Shown here in pieces: positions 46,169 through 51,757 of a stretch of 51,757 bases of DNA. A program made the translations under genes and the position numbers. Below the pieces are notes generated by a model. It ran no database searches. It was not told where the DNA came from and was given only the letters and a program-made list of their open reading frames with translations. The stretch spans positions 1 to 51,757 of the IMG/VR virus record IMGVR_UViG_3300032117_000040; one strand, written 5' to 3'. Source of the stretch: a virus (Duplodnaviria > Caudoviricetes). Numbering within the stretch: the stretch's first letter is position 1; the number at the start of each line of letters is the position of its first letter.

Positions 46169-46756
46169 AACCTGATAAGCCTTTTGAGTCAATGCAATTC
46201 GTTCAGCAAGGCCAAAGATGCCGCCATTGATCTTGCGAGTTACAGCTTCGTAGTTCATGGCATCTGCCAAAGCATTGAGGTTATGTGTTGACCAAAACCA
46301 ACCAGCACTTAACGCAGCGTATTTAGGTGTGGACACCAAATCGGGCGAGGCCACAAGATCGGCATTGACGGCCTGACCAAAGTGCCAATACGAGTCATGC
46401 CCCGTGAGTTGGATACAACCCCTGCCTCTGAACTTGAACCCATCACCAGACGCTTCGTCACGATTGCCCATGCGTGAGGCGTAAACCTTGTTGGCGATGC
46501 GTTGCGGCTGGTGCGAGTAGGCATTAGCAATTTCCAAAGTAGGGAATCGGCTAGGCCACAGTTTAACCAAGGTTTCGGCTTTGTAATTCAAGCCTTCCTC
46601 AAGCGTTTTGAAGTTGTTGCACTCATGGCTTGCTTGACCGATAAACGCTGCTTGCTGGCGAGGTGTTGCAATGTTGAACTTTGCAAACGTATCGTTAAGA
46701 GCAGGTGTCCATTCGATACCAATACCAAGTTGTTGGAGTTGTTCAGCGCTTACCAT
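46160..46756 (-). CDS. endolysin, GH19 (chitinase-like)
   Basis: AAFIGQ..HE, EE.LNY, FRGRG.IQLTG, SAGWFW and T..INGG..GL..R motifs. Confidence 0.95.
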   Translation of the reverse strand: MVSAEQLQQLGIGIEWTPALNDTFAKFNIATPRQQAAFIGQASHECNNFKTLEEGLNYKAETLVKLWPSRFPTLEIANAYSHQPQRIANKVYASRMGNRDEASGDGFKFRGRGCIQLTGHDSYWHFGQAVNADLVASPDLVSTPKYAALSAGWFWSTHNLNALADAMNYEAVTRKINGGIFGLAERIALTQKAYQVLV

Positions 46757-47177
46757 GAATGATCTCCCTCATTTTTGCGTATTGGTCGATGCAGGCGTTA
46801 AGTTCGACAATGGCTTGGTCTCCGTCCCCTGTGATGGTGACAAGAGCTTCACTAACCGATCTGTCAAGTTCGGCTCTCGTTTCTGTATCGCTAGAGGCGG
46901 CACATCCAGCTTGGGGGGTGACGTTGACGAACAACCGCTGCTCACCAGTATGGATAGCATTAACAAGCTGAGAGTTTTTAGCTGCCAAAGATTTTTTTGT
47001 TTGTGCGAGTTGGGCATCTGCTTGCTCCTTTGCGTCAGACATTTCCTGATTTTTTTTACCAATGACGATAGCATCTTCTGCCTCTTTCTCTTTGTAGCCT
47101 TGATGGTGTCCATAACCATAAACACCTGCCAAGGCCATTAAAACGCTCAAGATAACCCAAGGGTTAAACATCGTCAT
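46743..47177 (-). CDS. Rz: i-spanin
   Basis: FNPW N-terminal TM; G..RL and I..DGD.AI..L motifs; homologous to 31656-32090. Confidence 0.85.
   Translation of the reverse strand: MTMFNPWVILSVLMALAGVYGYGHHQGYKEKEAEDAIVIGKKNQEMSDAKEQADAQLAQTKKSLAAKNSQLVNAIHTGEQRLFVNVTPQAGCAASSDTETRAELDRSVSEALVTITGDGDQAIVELNACIDQYAKMREIIHGKR
46769..47017 (-). CDS. Rz1: o-spanin embedded in Rz
   Basis: ATG at 47017 after AAGGAG; lipobox SSGC; LT.RL..LLSPSQ shared with the cassette A Rz1. Confidence 0.8.
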   Translation of the reverse strand: MPNSHKQKNLWQLKTLSLLMLSILVSSGCSSTSPPKLDVPPLAIQKREPNLTDRLVKLLSPSQGTETKPLSNLTPASTNTQK

Positions 47178-47626
47178 TCCTTAACCGATTGACGAGCCGC
47201 AGCCATAGCTTCACGCTCATGGTCTGGCTCAAGATGATTGGCAGGCGTTGAAGGCGCTGAAGGTGCAGACCATTCGGCTACTTGAATAGACTGCACAGGA
47301 GGCGCAACATAAGCCGCTGTATTTGATTTGGCAGCGTTCATCATGTCCTTGGCCTCATTGCTCACACCTTTGGTCAAGATGCCACCAATGCCGCCCACAA
47401 TCAATAAAACAATGTCGTTCAACATCTTTGTGTAGGCTTGGTCAATCGGGGCCATTTGCTTAATCGGCTGAGTCACAAACGTCACCGAATACAACAAAGC
47501 AAACGTAATAAACGCAAATATCAACGTCACCATAATGACGACAAACGCTCTGACGCGAACGTCTATCTCATCGGCAGTTAGCCTGGCATTGTTGGGCGCT
47601 AAGAGTTGTAACAGGATTTCCTTCAA
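47174..47626 (-). CDS. 2-TM membrane protein (holin candidate); cassette B gene 5
   Basis: 150 aa; homologous to 31388-31663. Confidence 0.75.
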   Translation of the reverse strand: MKEILLQLLAPNNARLTADEIDVRVRAFVVIMVTLIFAFITFALLYSVTFVTQPIKQMAPIDQAYTKMLNDIVLLIVGGIGGILTKGVSNEAKDMMNAAKSNTAAYVAPPVQSIQVAEWSAPSAPSTPANHLEPDHEREAMAAARQSVKE

Positions 47627-47801
47627 TTTTTTTCTCCAAGATAGGGGCTACAAGATACTCAGGGCAGGTTTGGGTGAACTCACAAATAGGTTTTTGACAT
47701 TGTGCATCACCAAAATGGTTGGGGTCTTGGCAGATATATCGATAACGATCTTCACAGCCAATAAGTATCCAACTGAAAAAAATAAGTATACAAAGCCTCA
47801 T
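47568..47801 (-). CDS. Cys-rich lipoprotein; cassette B gene 4
   Basis: Lipobox LIGC; CED..RY.CQDP motif. Confidence 0.8.
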   Translation of the reverse strand: MRLCILIFFSWILIGCEDRYRYICQDPNHFGDAQCQKPICEFTQTCPEYLVAPILEKKIEGNPVTTLSAQQCQANCR

Positions 47802-48082
47802 TGCTTTTCCTTTTGCTCTTGCATTTCTTTCTGAGCCTGTTGCAGTTTTCGCAAAGTATGCTCCATTGCCATTTCAGCCACATACGCCCGATACCAAACA
47901 TATCCAGCCGCAGGCACTAACAAAGCAAACAACAACACCAACAAGATTAGTATTGCATGAAATCCTGAGTCGTCAGCCGCAGAGTAATCATCAAGCCCCA
48001 CACCCACGCCGCCAGAAGCCCGAGCGTTACCGCCAAGGCGACCCGCATTTGTCGGCGCTTGCTGATTTCCTCGCGTAGCCAT
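47798..48082 (-). CDS. TM plus coiled-coil protein overlapping gene 2 in the -1 frame; cassette B gene 3
   Basis: 94 aa; AAGGA/GAGG RBS; TM segment ILILLVLLFALLVPAAGYVWY. Confidence 0.7.
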   Translation of the reverse strand: MATRGNQQAPTNAGRLGGNARASGGVGVGLDDYSAADDSGFHAILILLVLLFALLVPAAGYVWYRAYVAEMAMEHTLRKLQQAQKEMQEQKEKQ

Positions 48083-48669
48083 CTTGCCTCATTCCTTTTC
48101 CTGATTTGCTCACGCCTTGCGAATTCCTGTTCTTCAACAATCCGACTGTGCATCTTAAGAAACCTCGTGTATATGTCCTTTAACTCAGGGGGCGCATACA
48201 CCATTGCCTCTCGTATCTCTATGCTCAAGTTCTCCAGTTGAAGTTCTACGAGCGCCCTATCCATTGCGTTCTTGGCGAGGTTTGCGTTTGGGTCGTAGAC
48301 CGTGTTTGATGTTTCCTCAAGGTCTTTGTAATAATTTGTGAGCTTCTGATGCAAATCAAAGAAGTCTCCCATTTTTTGACCAACATCCACGATAAGCTGT
48401 GCTTGGAGTTCTTCAGGGTCTTGGTGACGTTTAACTTTTTTAACAGGCTCTGCAACGGCGACAACAGCTTTTTTAGCGCCAAATAAACCTTTGAGCCAAA
48501 CCCAAATCCCTGAAACTTCTTTTGCAATGGCTTTAACGTCACCAATTGCTCGCTCAGTCCCCTTCTTGAACTCCTCAATCGCCATGCGTCCTTCATGGAG
48601 TTGATCGCAACCCGCTTTGATCTGTTTGACCAAAGTGACTGCGCCAAGAAGAAGGGTGATCGGGTCAAT
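47947..48669 (-). CDS. 'MDPIT' helical protein with C-terminal TM; cassette B gene 2 (probable ATT start)
   Basis: The ORF-track frame extends to ATT-GAC-CCG-ATC-ACC at 48669, with an in-frame TAG two codons upstream. Confidence 0.75.
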   Translation of the reverse strand: MDPITLLLGAVTLVKQIKAGCDQLHEGRMAIEEFKKGTERAIGDVKAIAKEVSGIWVWLKGLFGAKKAVVAVAEPVKKVKRHQDPEELQAQLIVDVGQKMGDFFDLHQKLTNYYKDLEETSNTVYDPNANLAKNAMDRALVELQLENLSIEIREAMVYAPPELKDIYTRFLKMHSRIVEEQEFARREQIRKRNEARWLREEISKRRQMRVALAVTLGLLAAWVWGLMITLRLTTQDFMQY

Positions 48670-48676
48670 GGGCTAC

Positions 48677-48907
48677 TCACTTTTTGCCAAGTTGCGACCA
48701 GAACACAGTTGCCGCACCAAACGCGCCAGTTATCCAAAGAATAGGCTTGGCAGCAGAAGCAATCCAGCCTAAGACCTTAAAAGCGCCTTGCAACGATTGG
48801 AAAGCATCGACCAAACCTTTGGTGTTTGTATCAATCGAATCAATCTTTGTTTCCACCAAAACAAGGCGGTCATAGATTTCTTTGTGAGTAATGGTCTGCT
48901 CTTCCAT
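48677..48907 (-). CDS. coiled-coil plus C-terminal TM protein; cassette B gene 1
   Basis: 76 aa; THKEIYDRL motif; same architecture as 30334-30513. Confidence 0.7.
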   Translation of the reverse strand: MEEQTITHKEIYDRLVLVETKIDSIDTNTKGLVDAFQSLQGAFKVLGWIASAAKPILWITGAFGAATVFWSQLGKK

Positions 48908-48916
48908 CTCAACACC

Positions 48917-49657
48917 TTATGATTTCATGATGTATGCGAGAGCATAGTAAGGAGGCAGGTTTGCATTTGTTCCGCTGACACCAGTTGATGCGTTGGTAGT
49001 CGCAACAGAAATACCAGTAGTGGCAGTTCCTGTTGAGTTTGTTGTTGAATTTTGGTTAATGACGCTGTATCCACCTCCAGCGTTAACATTAATTACTGAA
49101 CCTGTAACGCCACCACTATGAAAGTGTCCAGGGTCTGTAACAACAGAACTTGCCGTGTGTGTATGTGAAACAACAATAGCGTCTTTAGAACCACCAGTTC
49201 CACCAACAGAGTACAAGTTACCAGCGCCAACAATAAATGAATCTTTTAAGTTTGGCGTTCCATTAGTACCATCACAAATTAACCAGCCCGAGGGAATAGA
49301 CCCAATTGAACCAGACCACAAAGAAATCAATCCGCTAGGAATTGTTGCGCCAGTAGATGATTGAACACCAATAATTCCATACAAGTTATCGTAAGTTTGG
49401 ATAGTGTTGCCAACAGCATCTTGCAACACAAACTTGTAGTTGTAACCGTAGGTCAACCAAATCTCAGTCTGTGGGCGACCATCCGAACCCAAGACGATAG
49501 GATTGGTGTTGGAATACACACCACCGTTATCAGAGTAAGTAGCAAGCGGTGTGCTTGAACCTGCTTGATAGGTGTAGATTTGACCACCAGCTAAAGGCAA
49601 GCCTGTGCTAGTGAAGAATTGGAAACCGTTACCGATGGGTGCAAGATTAACGCTCAT
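48917..49657 (-). CDS. short tail fibre/spike with a podovirus-type N-terminal attachment domain and a collar-like domain
   Basis: G.PL.GG..YTY.AG..TPL.TY..NTNPI.L...GR; IPSGWLICDG.NGTPNL; NLPPYYALAYIMK. Confidence 0.75.
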   Translation of the reverse strand: MSVNLAPIGNGFQFFTSTGLPLAGGQIYTYQAGSSTPLATYSDNGGVYSNTNPIVLGSDGRPQTEIWLTYGYNYKFVLQDAVGNTIQTYDNLYGIIGVQSSTGATIPSGLISLWSGSIGSIPSGWLICDGTNGTPNLKDSFIVGAGNLYSVGGTGGSKDAIVVSHTHTASSVVTDPGHFHSGGVTGSVINVNAGGGYSVINQNSTTNSTGTATTGISVATTNASTGVSGTNANLPPYYALAYIMKS

Positions 49658-51221
49658 TTTTGTTCCTTACCAAATCATTTAAATATGAATAACCACTAGC
49701 AGGAGGCGCAGCTATCAACGATTGTGTGGGGTCATAGATAGGTGAAAGTTTTGGTTTAGCACCTAAACGCATTTGAGCGCCAAGATTCTCAACTGAATTT
49801 TGACGCATAGCCGTTGCCGCAGCACGAGAACCAACAGCACCCGCTGTAAATGGCACACCAATCAAAGGCTCGTAAACAGTTGCACCACCGCTAAAAATAC
49901 TACTAACAGGGCCTGTTGGCGCAAATCTGCCATAGAACTTCAGCATATTTTGAACTGTTCCGCCTTTAGCAGCGTCTTTAATTGCGTCTTGTTCTTCAGG
50001 CGTGAAAGTACGCATTTTTTTTTCATTTTTAGCCAATTGACGCAATTGTTGCGCCATTGAATTTTCTGCGCCAGATTGCGTAAATTTGCTTTTATCCAAC
50101 TCAGCGTTTTGCAACATATCGTCAAAAATCTCAGATTTTTTCAAACGACTGTATGAGTTGCGAGCCTCAGCCCAATGTTGCATACCTTCTGGGTTGCCAG
50201 TAGTAATGTGATCTTGGGGGGCGTTTAACAAATAATTGTCAAAATCGTCTTTGAGAATGGAAGCCAATCTGCGTGTATCTGGGTCTGCGCTTTTTTGTTG
50301 ACCTTGAATCATTTTGCGAATTGCTTGTAACTCACGAAAATCTTTAGGTCTTTCAACATTGGTCATTTCCTCCAAAACATTGGCAATCCCAACTTGGGTT
50401 TTTGGATGGAATCCTTCGTCTCTCAATTCCTGAGAAACATGAAACATTTGATCTGCAAATTTATTTGTGTCAAATCTAATGCCAGCTTGGTTAGCTTTGT
50501 CATATAAATTTTTTGATTCACTTATCAACTGTTCAGTACTTGGTGCGCCCGTTGCTTTTCTAAGTGGATTCAAACCAGAAGTCGCGCCAACTCCTAAAGA
50601 TGTAGCCAAACCAGCGGCGGGGCTTCCTGTTTCTTCTGCAACGTATTGACCAGCGCCAGCAGCCACAGGCGCAGTTGCAAGTTGTCTACCGGCATTTTTG
50701 GTAAACATATCTGCAATTTGTTTTACGACAGGGCTGGCTGTTGTTTTAGCCATGTTGTACATTGAACTAAGTTCAGATGCCGCTCCACCTAAACCACTAC
50801 CAGCGGCTTCCATTACCCGACCTGCTTGCGTAGTTGGCGCTTTTAAACCAGCCTTCTCAAGATTAGTGGAAATAATCTCGCTTGGCATACGCAAGTTAGA
50901 ACCTGACACACGATTGATAATGCTGTTTAACGTATCACCAAAAGGGACGGCAACGCCACCTAGCAATGCTCCAGGTACACCACCAGCTTCAAATCCTGCA
51001 ATTGTTGTAGGAATTGTTTGAGCAGCACCACGAGCCAAAAGTTGAGCACCTCGACCAACTTTAGCCAAGCCTTGTTTAGCAGCAGTTTTGTACTCGCCAA
51101 GCAAACTTGTATCTTCTTCTGGTTGAGCAGAAAGATTAGAAATAATAGAGGAAACATCTTGCTCGCCAGAGCCACCAGCATCCATGCTTTTAACAAGATC
51201 GTCAATGCTAATTTCAGCCAT
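49647..51221 (-). CDS. probable DNA ejection/internal virion protein
   Basis: 524 aa, Ala/Gly-rich and helical; lies upstream of the spike as in podovirus gene order. Confidence 0.55.
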   Translation of the reverse strand: MAEISIDDLVKSMDAGGSGEQDVSSIISNLSAQPEEDTSLLGEYKTAAKQGLAKVGRGAQLLARGAAQTIPTTIAGFEAGGVPGALLGGVAVPFGDTLNSIINRVSGSNLRMPSEIISTNLEKAGLKAPTTQAGRVMEAAGSGLGGAASELSSMYNMAKTTASPVVKQIADMFTKNAGRQLATAPVAAGAGQYVAEETGSPAAGLATSLGVGATSGLNPLRKATGAPSTEQLISESKNLYDKANQAGIRFDTNKFADQMFHVSQELRDEGFHPKTQVGIANVLEEMTNVERPKDFRELQAIRKMIQGQQKSADPDTRRLASILKDDFDNYLLNAPQDHITTGNPEGMQHWAEARNSYSRLKKSEIFDDMLQNAELDKSKFTQSGAENSMAQQLRQLAKNEKKMRTFTPEEQDAIKDAAKGGTVQNMLKFYGRFAPTGPVSSIFSGGATVYEPLIGVPFTAGAVGSRAAATAMRQNSVENLGAQMRLGAKPKLSPIYDPTQSLIAAPPASGYSYLNDLVRNKNER

Positions 51222-51757
51222 TATTTGACTCCTGATAATTCAACTAGTTGCTTGCGCTTTTGTTCCAAATCAGAAAGATTTTGCAGACCATTATCTTTCA
51301 TAAGTTTTTTCAATGCGTTCTTATCATGGTCGTCAATGCTAGCGGTTTGACCAGTGCCAACAATACCAATATATTGCATTAATGCAGGATTCTTTGAAAA
51401 ATTACTAAATTGATTTTGAAAAGCATTAACGGCTGGCAAATTGGGATTTTTAGGATCACCCGCTGCGTTCATCATGCCAGTTGCCATAAGTTTTTGATTT
51501 TGGATGTTTCCAAGGTCTTGGCGAACCAAATCAGCCAAAGCATCTTTCTTAAGGCGGAAACTACCGTAAGCATCTTTTTTGCTTTGTGCATCCGCATCTG
51601 TGCGAGGGTTTAAATTTTGAATACGTTGTTGAATCAACTTCAAAACTTCTTGTTCCTTAGAACTCAAACTAGCTTGATTAGTTTTTCCTGCCAACACATC
51701 AGCAATAGGCCCTGTTTCCACTTGTGGGTCCTTCAAATACGTCAACAATTTTTTAGC
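51221..51757 (-). CDS. probable ejection protein, 5'-truncated by the window edge
   Basis: Frame is open to the window edge; its stop overlaps the next start. Confidence 0.5.
   Translation of the reverse strand, partial: AKKLLTYLKDPQVETGPIADVLAGKTNQASLSSKEQEVLKLIQQRIQNLNPRTDADAQSKKDAYGSFRLKKDALADLVRQDLGNIQNQKLMATGMMNAAGDPKNPNLPAVNAFQNQFSNFSKNPALMQYIGIVGTGQTASIDDHDKNALKKLMKDNGLQNLSDLEQKRKQLVELSGVK

Noticed and set aside
1-51757. Stop-codon reassignment, tRNAs, introns/inteins, integrase or att sites
   Set aside because: Genes are intact in the standard code and end in all three stop codons; polymerase, terminase and helicase are uninterrupted; no cloverleaf or recombinase motif was recognised by eye.

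Overview
The whole window is tailed-phage DNA (Gram-negative host, since spanins are present), and it seems to hold parts of two different virion programmes sharing one replication module. (1) 1-2.0 kb: leftward early mini-genes. 2.0-3.1 kb: a repeat-rich non-coding region, possibly the origin or genome end. (2) 3.1-30.3 kb (+): a complete Bcep781-like myovirus morphogenesis operon with terminase, portal, NUDIX-fused protease/scaffold, capsid, sheath/tube, tape measure, baseplate and two fibres. (3) 30.3-32.8 kb (+): lysis cassette A with a GH24 endolysin. (4) 32.8-42.6 kb: a divergent replication module (HNH, SNF2 helicase, VRR-NUC | Cas4-like nuclease, SSB, family A polymerase, primase-helicase). 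(5) 42.7-46.2 kb (+): a repeat-punctuated array of small ORFs. (6) 46.2-51.8 kb (-): lysis cassette B with a GH19 endolysin, preceded by a podovirus-type short fibre and probable ejection proteins. Main observation: both lysis cassettes carry the same ordered block of five uncharacterised envelope genes upstream of Rz/Rz1 and the endolysin. These are a small coiled-coil/TM protein, an 'MDPIT' helical protein, a -1-overlapping TM protein, a 5-Cys lipoprotein and a 2-TM protein, which suggests an undescribed lysis or lysis-control system. Other highlights are a loop-bulge pseudoknotted RNA after the capsid gene, an ATT start codon, a -1 frameshift site and strong CCWGG avoidance. All family assignments come from motif recognition by eye, not database searches. 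No integrase, repressor, tRNA or CRISPR array was seen.
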